60,898 nucleotides of DNA from an uncultured Eubacteriales bacterium. Its GTDB lineage: Bacteria > Bacillota > Clostridia > Oscillospirales > Acutalibacteraceae. The stretch is taken from the NCBI GenBank assembly GCA_934394855.1, contig CAKRRH010000009.1, positions 1 through 60,898 of the forward strand, in the 5' to 3' direction. Position numbers and translations under genes: made by a program. The notes under the pieces were generated by a model. That model was not told the origin of the DNA. It ran no database searches and saw only the letters and a list, made by a program, of their open reading frames with translations. Positions 29,278-39,408 of this stretch are shown here, piece after piece; within the stretch, counting starts at the first letter, position 1, and each line of letters opens with the position of its first letter.

Positions 29278-31452
29278 TTATCTTCTGTGCGGACGGTTAT
29301 TTGTTCGTCTTGGACGGCGCTGTTCCTCTTCAACATCGTTTTCCGGAACTGCTCCGTTAATTTCGATGAGAGCCGCTCTTCTTGAAAGATTGAGTCTGCC
29401 CTGATCGTCGATCTCGGTAACCTTAACCATTACTTCGTCGCCTACCTGAACAACATCTTCAACCTTTTCGGTGCGCTTTGTGTCAAGTTGGCTGATATGA
29501 ACAAGTCCTTCTTTACCGGGAGCAATTTCAACGAATGCGCCGAATGTCATCAGACGGGTAACAACACCGTTATAAATTGCGCCGATTTCAGGATCGTTTG
29601 CGATTGTTTCGATTATTGAAATTGCACGCTTTGCATTTTCAATGTCAAGAGCCGATACAAATACATGACCGTCTTCTTCGATTGAAATTTTGCAGTCGCA
29701 CTGCTCTTGGAGCTTCTGAATAACCTTGCCCTGTTTGCCGATAACATCACCGATTTTGTCGGGGCTGATTGTTGTTGTGAGCATTTTGGGTGCATAGGGT
29801 GAAAGCTCTTTTCTCGGCTCCGAAATAACCGGGAGCATGATTTCATCGAGAATGTAGTTTCTTGCTTTATGTGTTTTAGCGAATGCCTCTTTGATGATCT
29901 CGGGAGTAAGACCGTGAACTTTAAGATCCATCTGGATCGCTGTGATACCTTTCTTTGTACCTGCAACCTTGAAGTCCATGTCGCCATAGAAGTCCTCAAG
30001 GCCCTGAATGTCAACCATTGTCATGAAGTCGCCGTCATCGCCTGTGATAAGACCGCATGAGATACCTGCTACCGGTGCTTTGATCGGAACGCCTGCTGCC
30101 ATGAGTGCAAGTGTTGAACCGCAAATTGAGCCCTGTGAGGTTGAACCGTTAGATGAGAGAACCTCAGATACAACACGAATTGTATAGGGGAATTCTTCAA
30201 CCGACGGAATTACCGGCAAAAGTGCCTTTTCAGCAAGAGCGCCATGACCGATTTCTCTTCTGCCCGGTCCTCTTGACGGTTTTGTTTCACCGACCGAATA
30301 TGACGGGAAGTTGTAATGATGAATATATCTCTTTGAGGTTTCTTCGTCAAGTCCGTCAAGAGTCTGTGCGTCATCGATCGACGCCAAAGTTGCTACCGAC
30401 AAAACCTGAGTCTGTCCGCGTGTGAACATACCTGAACCGTGAACACGGGGGAGAAGGTCAACCTGAGCGTTGAGCGGACGAATTTCATCAATTCCTCTGC
30501 CGTCAACACGCTTTTTCTCATTTTTAAGCCAGTTACGAACAACATGCTTCTGAACGAGGTACATGATCTCTTCGATTTTGCCCTCTTGACCCTCGAATTT
30601 TTCGTCAAATTTCTCATGAACAGCTTCATAAATCGGCTGAAGAGCAGCGTCACGAACCTTTTTATCGTCGGTATCAAGCGCTTTTTTGACATCTTCAATG
30701 CAGAATTTTTCAATCTCGTCAAAAATCTCCGGATCCGGATCATTTGACTCAAATGCAAACTTCGGTTTACCGATTTCGTCTGCAATGCCCTGAATGAATT
30801 TTACGATTTCTTTGTTAGCCTCATGAGCCTTCATGATAGCGTCAAACATTGTTTCGTCCGAGATTTCGTTTCCGCCTGCTTCGATCATTGCAACGAGCTC
30901 CGAAGTTGAAGCAACGGTAACATTCATCTCGCTCTTTTTGCGCTGTTCAAGCGTCGGGTTGATGATGATTTCACCGTCAACAAGACCAACCTGAACGCCT
31001 GCGATCGGGCCGTCCCACGGAATGTCCGAAATTGCAAGAGCAGCCGACACGCCGCACATTGCGGTGATTTCGGGGCTGCAATCGGGGTCGACCGACATTA
31101 CGGTAGCAACAACCGAGCAATCGTTACGCATATCCTTCGGGAAAAGCGGACGGATCGGGCGGTCAATGCAGCGTGATGTCAAAATAGCCTTTTCAGACGG
31201 GCGAGATTCTCTGCGCTGGAATGAACCCGGAATTTTGCCGACCGAATACATTTTTTCCTCATAGTCAACAGAAAGCGGAAAAAAATCCACGCCTTCGCGC
31301 GGTTTTGCCGATGCTGTTACGTTGCAAAGTACCGATGTGTCGCCATATCTTGCCATGACCGACGCATTGCTGAGCTGCGCCATCATACCTGTTTCGATTT
31401 TGAACGGTCTGCCGGCGATAGTAGTTTCATAAACCTTGTAGTTTTCAAACAT
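29278..31452 (-). CDS. pnp: Polyribonucleotide nucleotidyltransferase (PNPase)
   Basis: Two RNase PH domains, KH and S1 domains; start at MFENYKVYETTIAGRPF (track start extended). Basic tail RRPRRTNNRPHRR. Confidence 0.95.
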   Translation of the reverse strand: MFENYKVYETTIAGRPFKIETGMMAQLSNASVMARYGDTSVLCNVTASAKPREGVDFFPLSVDYEEKMYSVGKIPGSFQRRESRPSEKAILTSRCIDRPIRPLFPKDMRNDCSVVATVMSVDPDCSPEITAMCGVSAALAISDIPWDGPIAGVQVGLVDGEIIINPTLEQRKKSEMNVTVASTSELVAMIEAGGNEISDETMFDAIMKAHEANKEIVKFIQGIADEIGKPKFAFESNDPDPEIFDEIEKFCIEDVKKALDTDDKKVRDAALQPIYEAVHEKFDEKFEGQEGKIEEIMYLVQKHVVRNWLKNEKKRVDGRGIDEIRPLNAQVDLLPRVHGSGMFTRGQTQVLSVATLASIDDAQTLDGLDEETSKRYIHHYNFPSYSVGETKPSRGPGRREIGHGALAEKALLPVIPSVEEFPYTIRVVSEVLSSNGSTSQGSICGSTLALMAAGVPIKAPVAGISCGLITGDDGDFMTMVDIQGLEDFYGDMDFKVAGTKKGITAIQMDLKVHGLTPEIIKEAFAKTHKARNYILDEIMLPVISEPRKELSPYAPKMLTTTISPDKIGDVIGKQGKVIQKLQEQCDCKISIEEDGHVFVSALDIENAKRAISIIETIANDPEIGAIYNGVVTRLMTFGAFVEIAPGKEGLVHISQLDTKRTEKVEDVVQVGDEVMVKVTEIDDQGRLNLSRRAALIEINGAVPENDVEEEQRRPRRTNNRPHRR

Positions 31453-31654
31453 GAATTTATACCTTCCTTTATAAATATATTTATCAAGGCAAGGCTTTGA
31501 TTTTGGTTTTACCTGCGGTTTAGCAATAAACAGGTTGTCCGAATTTTCAGGCAGTCTGTTCACTGCTAAAAAACGCATATTTCACCGTTTCACCAAAGCA
31601 AATTGCCTTCGATTTTGAGTTGATCAGCATTTTAAAGCTAATATATAAAATGCC

Positions 31655-31693
31655 GAAAAGCAGGAAGGCGAAGCGCCGCCGACCTGCTTTTTT
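31655..31693 (-). terminator. rpsO-pnp intergenic hairpin (terminator/processing site)
   Basis: Minus strand aaaaaaagcaggtcggcggcgcttcgccttcctgctttt. Confidence 0.7.
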
Positions 31694-31700
31694 TGAGTAC

Positions 31701-31964
31701 TTATTTACGAATACCGAGTTTTGCGATTATTGCACGGTATCTTTCAATATCATTTTTCTGAAGATATGCAAGAAGGTTGCGTCTGTGACCGACAATTTTG
31801 AGAAGGCCGCGGCGTGAATGATGATCCTTCGGATGCATTTTGAAGTGCTCGTTGAGTTCGTTGATTCTGTAAGTAAGAACAGCAATCTGAACTTCGGGAG
31901 AACCTGTGTCGCCTTCATGTGTTGCGTACTCTTTAATGATTTCGTTTTTCTTTTCCTGTGTCAT
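31701..31964 (-). CDS. rpsO: 30S ribosomal protein S15
   Basis: [42 protein letters not shown]... 87 aa; track ORF 5'-extended. Confidence 0.95.
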   Translation of the reverse strand: MTQEKKNEIIKEYATHEGDTGSPEVQIAVLTYRINELNEHFKMHPKDHHSRRGLLKIVGHRRNLLAYLQKNDIERYRAIIAKLGIRK

Positions 31965-32212
31965 GATTAAATCACCTTTCTTAAATAGATAGTCCGCATA
32001 ACCGTACCTGTCGCTTATCAGGTGATACTGCGTAGAGCAGAAAACGCCAACGGGCACAGTAATGGGTAGTTTTTGCGCATGAGTCATAATATACACATAC
32101 GCATTTGATATTCTATCACATAAATCTAAATTTGTAAAGTGTTTTTTGCCATTTACATAAAATTTCACATTTTCAGACTGAAAATATTCAATATTAAATT
32201 CCAAATACGATG

Positions 32213-32250
32213 CAAAATCGGGTCGCCAAAAGACGACCCGATCAAAATTA
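32213..32250 (-). terminator. Terminator downstream of surface protein paralog A
   Basis: atcgggtcgccaaaagacgacccgat hairpin flanked by A/T runs. Confidence 0.6.
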
Positions 32251-32251
32251 A

Positions 32252-34723
32252 TTATTTCTTGCGGGATTTGATGATTACAAATCCTGCTGCCGCAGCAACA
32301 AACATTGCAGCGATAGGAGCAGCTGTTGCACCTGTGTCAGGCATTGAATCGCCGCCGAGATCATAATAGATTGCGATGAGTTCGCCGACCTTATCAAAGA
32401 GGCCGAGTTTTTCGAAGTAATCGCCGATCTGTGCAGGAGCATTTGTATATGCCTCTACGAATCTCTGCAAGAGTGCGAAGTTAGCAGCATTCTCATAGAG
32501 TGACGGGTCTGTTCCCGGGAGCTTTTTGTAAAGCTCATAGATTGCATCAAACTCTGACTGGTTGCCTGCAGCCTTTGTTGTTGTCGGAGCACCCTTTGCG
32601 TCTTTGCCCGGAACATATACTGCCGAATGCCAAATGTTGATGTCAGTCATACCGCAAGAGTTGCCCTTCGAGTCAACGTTTGCGTAGTTCATCGGTGAAA
32701 GTCTGACTAAAGTGATGTTGTCCGGGTTATATGCAACACCGTCTGTGTCCTTTGTCGGCAAATAGAGTGTGACTGTCTGACCGACATTGCACCATTTCTG
32801 TGCCTGCTCGTTCTGCATTTCGTCCTTCATGAGAATCATAAGGTCAACGATTGACGAACAGTTTTTCTTAGTTTCAGGATGCTTAGCGCTGTTCACTTTA
32901 ACATCAATTGCCAAGAAACCGAGACCTCTCGGATCGTTAGCATATGCATAGCCCTGTTTGATTGAGTTAGTCAGCTTCTTTGAAAGAGCTTCGGAGACTA
33001 CTGTTGATTTTCCGCTTGTATCATCTTTTCTTGATTTGAGCAACCAAGCTGCCTGATATTGCTTATTCTTTCTGGTCTTGCTGATCATTGTAACATCGCC
33101 GTCGTTGCCGAATACTTTCTGTTCGGCCGTGCACCATGTTTCAGCACCCCAATATTTATCCATTGCTTCTTCTGTGAAGTCATATGCATGGTAGCCTGCA
33201 CCGGGGTTGTTTTCAGCAGTTGTTGTAGCTTTTGTCGGAGCCTGTGTTTTGATTGTCATCGAAGTTGTCGGAGCAGACTCGTCAACAACTGTGATCGGTG
33301 AGAAGTAAGCAACCGGGCAAAGTGAAATTGCTTTTACGCCGGTACCATACTGGATTGTTGTTCCGTTTGCATCTGTAAGCGGATCGTTTTCGCCCTGTTT
33401 CTTATACTGAACCATGTTACCGTTTTCATCATAGTACCAATAGTTCTGCATTGTAAGACGAACAGCCTGGAGATCATTTTGCTTATAATTTGATAAATCA
33501 AATGTATATGTAACGGTTGTTCCGGGCTGCTGCCAAGCGTCAATAATCTTTTCGTAGCCCTTTGAGAATGTAACAAGCAAGATTTCAAGCTGAGCTGCAA
33601 CCGGCTTGTTATCTTTATCTACACAAGACTCAATGTATACTGTCATCTGAGCTTTGTGTGAACCGCCCTCCTGATTTGCAACTGCAAGCGCATAGTTGGA
33701 GGTGTCATGGTTAAATTTGTGGAATGTCTGGATCTGCTGACCGTAATTTCCTGCACGGTTTTCATATTTAACCCAACCCGGACCGCCGTTTTTCTTGAAC
33801 TTCGCTGTTCCGCCGAAGGTCGCACCGCCGTCGGTTGAATAGAGGATGTTGTCCGGTGCTCCGCCGTAATCCTGTCTGTAGTTAGAATCCCAGTTCACAA
33901 GGGTTGCTGTGGTGTCAAGTTTGCCGTCGCCGTCAGAATCTTTAACCTGAACATCCGGAACTTCCGGAACAGACGGATCGCCTTCAACTACAAATGCTGA
34001 AACAACTGCGCCCTTTCTTGACTGGTTCCAGTGATATACATCGATTTCCATTGACTTAACATCGTCAACGCTGTCCATGATAACAGAAACATCTTCATCA
34101 TTCTCATTTTTGTAAGAATATTTGAACGGGACCGTAACCTGTTTTGTGCAGGTCATGTCGAGATATGAAGTGTGAATCGTACGAACAGTGTCGTCGTTCA
34201 TGATGAGCTTTACGATGATCTGAGAGTCGATCTGAACATCTTTCTTAGTAACCGAATTTGTTACTCTGAGGATAGCCTGTGCAGACGGAGCGACCTGTTC
34301 AACCTTTGATTGGTCAAAAGCAACGCCCTTTTTCTCAGCTTCTGCTTTAGCTGCTTCAACATCAGCGGCATATTTCTCTGCAGCCTGTTTTTTTGCAATT
34401 TCAAAGGCTGCCTTGAAGTTGTCGTCAAGTTTCCACAATGTTTTAATACCGTAGATATACTCTTTTGTTTCAACGCCGAATGAAAAGTCGTCGTTATATG
34501 TCATATCTCCGGTTACTGTTGTATCCTTCTTGATGGTATCGAGCTCGCCTGCCTTATATGTACCAAAGCCCGTGAACGCATCTTTTGTAAATCTCTGCAT
34601 ATAAACCGGCTCGACTTTAGCGGTATCTTCTGCGGACGCAGAAACGCTTGCTGTGATTGCAACAGTTGCAACGAGCATTGTCAGAGCAAGAATAATGCTT
34701 ACGATTTTCTTGGTCATTTTCAT
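32252..34723 (-). CDS. Large secreted surface protein, paralog A (823 aa): signal peptide, uncharacterised ~700-aa module, C-terminal sortase-type sorting signal
   Basis: N-terminal [32 protein letters not shown]-terminal ...[34 protein letters not shown] (xPxTG-like motif, hydrophobic segment, basic tail). AGGAGG RBS. Confidence 0.7.
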   Translation of the reverse strand: MKMTKKIVSIILALTMLVATVAITASVSASAEDTAKVEPVYMQRFTKDAFTGFGTYKAGELDTIKKDTTVTGDMTYNDDFSFGVETKEYIYGIKTLWKLDDNFKAAFEIAKKQAAEKYAADVEAAKAEAEKKGVAFDQSKVEQVAPSAQAILRVTNSVTKKDVQIDSQIIVKLIMNDDTVRTIHTSYLDMTCTKQVTVPFKYSYKNENDEDVSVIMDSVDDVKSMEIDVYHWNQSRKGAVVSAFVVEGDPSVPEVPDVQVKDSDGDGKLDTTATLVNWDSNYRQDYGGAPDNILYSTDGGATFGGTAKFKKNGGPGWVKYENRAGNYGQQIQTFHKFNHDTSNYALAVANQEGGSHKAQMTVYIESCVDKDNKPVAAQLEILLVTFSKGYEKIIDAWQQPGTTVTYTFDLSNYKQNDLQAVRLTMQNYWYYDENGNMVQYKKQGENDPLTDANGTTIQYGTGVKAISLCPVAYFSPITVVDESAPTTSMTIKTQAPTKATTTAENNPGAGYHAYDFTEEAMDKYWGAETWCTAEQKVFGNDGDVTMISKTRKNKQYQAAWLLKSRKDDTSGKSTVVSEALSKKLTNSIKQGYAYANDPRGLGFLAIDVKVNSAKHPETKKNCSSIVDLMILMKDEMQNEQAQKWCNVGQTVTLYLPTKDTDGVAYNPDNITLVRLSPMNYANVDSKGNSCGMTDINIWHSAVYVPGKDAKGAPTTTKAAGNQSEFDAIYELYKKLPGTDPSLYENAANFALLQRFVEAYTNAPAQIGDYFEKLGLFDKVGELIAIYYDLGGDSMPDTGATAAPIAAMFVAAAAGFVIIKSRKK

Positions 34724-34864
34724 AGTTGTGCCTCCTGTGTTGTTGGATAACGAGTATATTAACCGAATATACTTTGTTAATTTATTATATCTTAATTTTA
34801 AAATTTCGTCAATATGCCAATATGATAAAATCTATACAATATTTTATGTCATTTTTCACAAAAA

Positions 34865-34900
34865 AATCGACCCCGTTTTTTGTACGGAGTCGACTGACAA
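34865..34900 (-). terminator. Terminator after htrA
   Basis: Minus strand cgactccgtacaaaaaacggggtcgattttttt. Confidence 0.5.
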
Positions 34901-34924
34901 TATATATTGTATATTGCGATTTTT

Positions 34925-36727
34925 TTACCACAATGTATATTTTTGAGTGGTCTGCTGTTCGGACTGTGTCGAATAGCTTGATGTGCTTGCGTCCTCAAGC
35001 ATATTTGCAGTGAGCGTTTTATATGATTTAGTCGAAGCGATATATACCTTAACGGTCATTTTGTCGCCCGCCTTTGAATCGTCGATTATATCAAGCGCAA
35101 CATCGGCAGAGGTGATTTTGGTGCCGTTGATTTCGGTGATTATGTCGCCTTTTTTAAGTCCCGACGAATAGAGACTTGAGTCAATGTCGATCGACTGAAT
35201 GTAAAGCCCGCTCGGCATATCGTTGACAAGCGCCGCTGCCGCCGTGATTTCAGAATAGGTGATTCCGAGTCTTGCTCTTCCGACGACCTTTTTGTTCGCA
35301 ATCAGGCTCTTTGCCGTCTTGATTGCGTCATTTGACGGGATTGCAAAGCAAAGTCCCTCATAGCCGCTTACAACGATTTTCGACGAACTGATTCCGATCA
35401 CCTGTCCGTACATATTGACAAGCGCACCGCCCGAATTTCCGGAATTAAGCGCTGTGTCGGTCTGAATTACTCTCATGCTGTAATTGACCGTCTGACCGTT
35501 TATCGTATTTGAAAACGATATTCTTCTGCTCGGTGCAGAAATAATGCCTTTTGTTACTGTGCCTTTCAAGCCATAAGGCGAGCCGATTGCGATTACATCA
35601 TCGCCAGTTTCGATTTTTGACGAATCGGCGAATGTTGCCGGTGTCAGATTCTTTGCGCCGCTCATTTTAAGCACGCAAAGGTCGCTTCTGCTGTCGCCCG
35701 CTACATATGTTGCCTTGTAGCTTGTGCCGTCGTTGAGCGTGATGACAAATTTTGCATTCGGAATTTCCGAATAGATGTGGTCGTTTGAAATGATGTAGCC
35801 GCTTTTATCCATGATGACACCAGACGCGATTGCCGAATTATTGCTGTCGTCGCTGTAAACGGTGATGTTTACGACCGAGTCGGAAACCAGCTTTGAAACG
35901 CCGTCTGCGCTATATTTTCCGTCTTTGTCGGCAGTCACGCCGTCTTTTGACGGAACGGTGCCTTGCTGAATTACGACCGAATCATCATTTGAGCCGAGAT
36001 CATTCTGGCTGTTGTCATATCTCAAATCCGTGTTGCCGCCTGCGATGTAACCGATCGTCACTCCCATTGAAAGCAGAACCGCAACCGCAAGGATCACGCA
36101 AAATACCTTAAATCCCTTTTTGCCGCTCTTTGTTGGCTTTTGCGGAGCATAATTTTGTCGGGGCGCTTGATTATAATTGCCCTGCGGCGCCTGCTGTGCA
36201 TAATAATTCTGATAAGCTTTCGGCTGAGGATTGCCATACTGCGGATTCTGATATTGCGGATTATTGTATTGTGCGCCTTGAGCGGCGTTTGGTCTTACCG
36301 GGTCAAAGCTGCGGGTATTAAATCCGCCGTTTTGGTTTGGTGCAGAATATCCGCCGTTTATATTTCCTTGGGCATTTGTGCCAAAGGGAGAATTAACATT
36401 ATTCTGTGCATTTGTACCGACCCCGCTGTTTGAATATGTCGGTGCGGTATAGGTCGGGCGTGTAAACTGCGGCGGCGTTTGATCCGCCTTCGCATTATTT
36501 GCACCATCATTTGCAGTATTTGCACTCTCATTTGCGCCGCTGTCCTGTTTTGCGGCATTATCTGCGTTATCCGTGGGCTTTGCCGCAGTTGCCTTGTCAT
36601 TTGTCGGCGGTGTTTGCGCCGTTGTATCAACCGGAACGGAATTTGAATTGATGCCCTGCTTATTATTTTCGGGTTCATTTACCGTGCCGTCCGCCTGACG
36701 GTTATCATTTTTCTCAAATTCACTCAT
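34925..36727 (-). CDS. htrA: HtrA/DegP-family serine protease with PDZ domain and long Q/N/P-rich N-terminal region
   Basis: Catalytic His (SNDHIY), Asp (DLCVLK), Ser (GNSGGALV); PDZ with KKGDIIT; about 190-aa low-complexity N-terminus then one TM. Confidence 0.85.
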   Translation of the reverse strand: MSEFEKNDNRQADGTVNEPENNKQGINSNSVPVDTTAQTPPTNDKATAAKPTDNADNAAKQDSGANESANTANDGANNAKADQTPPQFTRPTYTAPTYSNSGVGTNAQNNVNSPFGTNAQGNINGGYSAPNQNGGFNTRSFDPVRPNAAQGAQYNNPQYQNPQYGNPQPKAYQNYYAQQAPQGNYNQAPRQNYAPQKPTKSGKKGFKVFCVILAVAVLLSMGVTIGYIAGGNTDLRYDNSQNDLGSNDDSVVIQQGTVPSKDGVTADKDGKYSADGVSKLVSDSVVNITVYSDDSNNSAIASGVIMDKSGYIISNDHIYSEIPNAKFVITLNDGTSYKATYVAGDSRSDLCVLKMSGAKNLTPATFADSSKIETGDDVIAIGSPYGLKGTVTKGIISAPSRRISFSNTINGQTVNYSMRVIQTDTALNSGNSGGALVNMYGQVIGISSSKIVVSGYEGLCFAIPSNDAIKTAKSLIANKKVVGRARLGITYSEITAAAALVNDMPSGLYIQSIDIDSSLYSSGLKKGDIITEINGTKITSADVALDIIDDSKAGDKMTVKVYIASTKSYKTLTANMLEDASTSSYSTQSEQQTTQKYTLW

Positions 36728-38289
36728 TTGTCCGAATCTCCTTTTTCGTTTTCATCGCTTTCGATTATCTCAGCGTCATATGTCTTGTTTTCCTGTGATG
36801 AATATTTGTGACCTGTCGGGCGAAAACGCTTATCCGACTTGGCCTCATTCACCACGATCTGTGCCGGATTCTGAACATCATTGGGCAAAAGCACCGTAAA
36901 TTTGGTATATTCGTTCAAAACGCTTTCTGCCGTGATTTGTCCGCCGTGAAGTCCGACGATCATTTTTACAATATACAATCCGAACCCCATGCCGGTTTTA
37001 TCATTGCTTCGGCTTCGGTCGGTTTTGTAAAATCTCTCAAAAATTCGGCTGAGCTCAACGCTTGTCAGTCCTTCACCCGAATTTTTAATCGCAATTTCAA
37101 CATTATTTTGTTTGTCCTCTGACACCCGAACCTCAATGTAACCGCTCTCGGGTGTAAATTTGATTGCGTTTTCAACCAAATTGTAAAGCACCTGATAGAT
37201 TAGGTCGCTGTCGGCAAAGAGCATAATCTTTTCGGTATCCTCAAGCCCTCTTAACTCGATTTTTTTATCCTCGATCCGCTTTTCAAATGATAACATGATT
37301 CTAAGAAGCAAATCGGAGACATTGAATGTTGAACGGTTGAGTTTAACATTGTCGTTTTCAAGCCGTGAGAGTTGGAGCATTGAGTTTACAAGCCGCGAAA
37401 GACGCTTTGTTTCGTCCGACACGATTCTCATATATTTAGGATAGCTTTCTTTCGGAATCGTTCCGTCAAGCATTCCGTCAACAAAGCCGGAAATTGTGGT
37501 CATCGGCGTTTTCAACTCATGAGATACGCTCGAAATGAAGCTTCGGCGCATTTCCTCAAGCTGGCTCAATGATTTTGACATTCGGTTAAACGCCTCGACA
37601 AGCGCACCAATCTCATCGTTTCGTCCCGTTGACTGAATTTGGACAAACTCACCGTTTTCCATCTTCTTTGCCGCCTGCGCCATCTGACGAAGCGGACGGG
37701 TCATTTGCGACGAAATGATATATACCGCAATGAATGCGAGCATTAAGATAAGCAGCGAGCAGATAAGCAGCATTTTGAACATCTGGCTGACCGCAACGCT
37801 TGCGCCTTCAAGCGGTGTTGACGCAAAGACCGCTCCGACCGCCGAATTTTCCACAACAATCGGAGTTGACACCGTGTAGCAGGCACTTTGATAAATTCCG
37901 CCCATCGTGCCGGAATATGAGTTGTCGCCGCTAAGCGCCCGATTCATGTATTTTTTGTCAATCACATTTGTTTTATGCCGACAATCGGTTTCTTCATCAG
38001 AGCATAAATAGCAGTTGCCGCTTACATCCGCAACATAAATATCCGCACCGATTATTCGGCTGATAACCTTAACGGTGCTGTCAAGCTCGCCGCGAAAATC
38101 TTTTCCCGACACAAGCGTGCTTGCGGAAAAATCGGAAATCGTGTGAACATTGTTGCTGAGCAGCTCCTCTTTATCTTCACGCCACTGATTTTTCGTAAAC
38201 ACAAGCAAAATGCTTCCCAAAATCACAAAGCACAGCAAAAGAATGCTTGCAATTATGGTGAAATATTTATAAAATATGCTTTTTTGCAT
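36724..38289 (-). CDS. Sensor histidine kinase (2 TM, HAMP, HisKA, HATPase_c)
   Basis: H-box SHELKTPMT, N/G boxes; 4-nt overlap with htrA. Confidence 0.85.
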   Translation of the reverse strand: MQKSIFYKYFTIIASILLLCFVILGSILLVFTKNQWREDKEELLSNNVHTISDFSASTLVSGKDFRGELDSTVKVISRIIGADIYVADVSGNCYLCSDEETDCRHKTNVIDKKYMNRALSGDNSYSGTMGGIYQSACYTVSTPIVVENSAVGAVFASTPLEGASVAVSQMFKMLLICSLLILMLAFIAVYIISSQMTRPLRQMAQAAKKMENGEFVQIQSTGRNDEIGALVEAFNRMSKSLSQLEEMRRSFISSVSHELKTPMTTISGFVDGMLDGTIPKESYPKYMRIVSDETKRLSRLVNSMLQLSRLENDNVKLNRSTFNVSDLLLRIMLSFEKRIEDKKIELRGLEDTEKIMLFADSDLIYQVLYNLVENAIKFTPESGYIEVRVSEDKQNNVEIAIKNSGEGLTSVELSRIFERFYKTDRSRSNDKTGMGFGLYIVKMIVGLHGGQITAESVLNEYTKFTVLLPNDVQNPAQIVVNEAKSDKRFRPTGHKYSSQENKTYDAEIIESDENEKGDSDK

Positions 38290-38336
38290 TTAAAACTGTC
38301 CCCCAAAGGGTATTTTTATTCCGTACAAATCGAAAA

Positions 38337-39038
38337 TCAATTATATTCGGGCTGTTTTGTTTCAAATTTATAGCCGACGCCCCAAACGGTTTTCAAGCAC
38401 CATTTGTCCGACACGCCCTCGAGCTTTTCACGAAGTCTTTTAACGTGAACATCAACTGTTCTCGAATCGCCGTAATATTCAAATCCCCAAACCTCGTCAA
38501 GCAGCTGGTCACGGGTATATACCTTATTCGGATTGCTTGCAAGATGATAGATGAGTTCAAGCTCTTTCGGCGGTGTGTCGATCTGCTTGCCGTCTACAAT
38601 CAATTCATAGTTGGTAAGATTGATTACGAGCTTATCATATTCAACCCGCTTGATTCCGTTATTTTCCGAAACGCCGCTTCTGCGAAGAACGGCTTTGATT
38701 CGTGCAATTACTTCTTTTGCGTCAAACGGCTTTACAATATAGTCGTCCGCACCGAGCTCAAGGCCCAAAACCTTGTCAAAGGTTTCGCCCTTAGCGGTGA
38801 TCATGATGATCGGCACCTGGGAGGTTTTGCGAATCTCTCTGCAAACCTGCCAGCCGTCAAGTTTCGGCATCATTACATCAAGCAAGATCAGCGACGGATT
38901 GAATTTTTCAACCGTGTCGAGCGCTTCCTGTCCGTTATGACATACGCACACCTCATATTTTTCTTTTTCAAGGTAAAGGCTCAAAAATTCGCAGATGTTG
39001 CTGTCGTCGTCAACGACCATTATTTTTACATCACTCAT
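38337..39038 (-). CDS. OmpR-family response regulator
   Basis: MSDVKIMVVDDD receiver; winged-helix C-domain; track start extended. Confidence 0.85.
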   Translation of the reverse strand: MSDVKIMVVDDDSNICEFLSLYLEKEKYEVCVCHNGQEALDTVEKFNPSLILLDVMMPKLDGWQVCREIRKTSQVPIIMITAKGETFDKVLGLELGADDYIVKPFDAKEVIARIKAVLRRSGVSENNGIKRVEYDKLVINLTNYELIVDGKQIDTPPKELELIYHLASNPNKVYTRDQLLDEVWGFEYYGDSRTVDVHVKRLREKLEGVSDKWCLKTVWGVGYKFETKQPEYN

Positions 39039-39126
39039 TATAAATACAGTCCTTTCAGATAGTATATATTTTTTACACAAAAATTTAGTTTACAAATGAA
39101 TTATAACTCAAAACGGCGCAAATTGG

Positions 39127-39154
39127 TGAACATTATTTGAACACATTTGTGATT
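39127..39154. promoter_or_regulatory. Direct repeats TGAACA-N5-TGAACA-N5-TGTGAT at 11-bp phasing in divergent RR/secA promoter region
   Basis: gTGAACAttattTGAACAcatttGTGAtt. Nearby inverted repeat TTGTTCATAA...TTATGAACAA at 39169-39215. Confidence 0.35.
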
Positions 39155-39408
39155 TTTTGCAAATTTCTTGTTCATAAGTTGGTAATTTTGCAAAAATTAT
39201 GAACAAAACGACGGCAATTCTGATTTCTTTAAAAATTTGAATTTTGTCGTCATGGGTCATATTATATTACATTATATAACAAAGCAATTTCAAATCAACC
39301 GCATTTTTCCAAATGTTCAAAATTTATTCTTTTATTTTCACAGAAAATGTGCTACAATGATTGTAATTTGATAAATTTGCATCATGCAATATGAAAGGGT
39401 TGATAAAT

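Noticed and set aside
31453-32204. 5' extensions in the ORF track for pnp (to 31578) and rpsO (to 32204); also gatC, hrcA, GH5a, rlmA, Crp, RR, FeoA
   Set aside because: Family-typical N-termini with good RBS lie internally (e.g. MFENYKVYETT for PNPase, MTQEKKNEI for S15). The extensions run through terminators and promoters.
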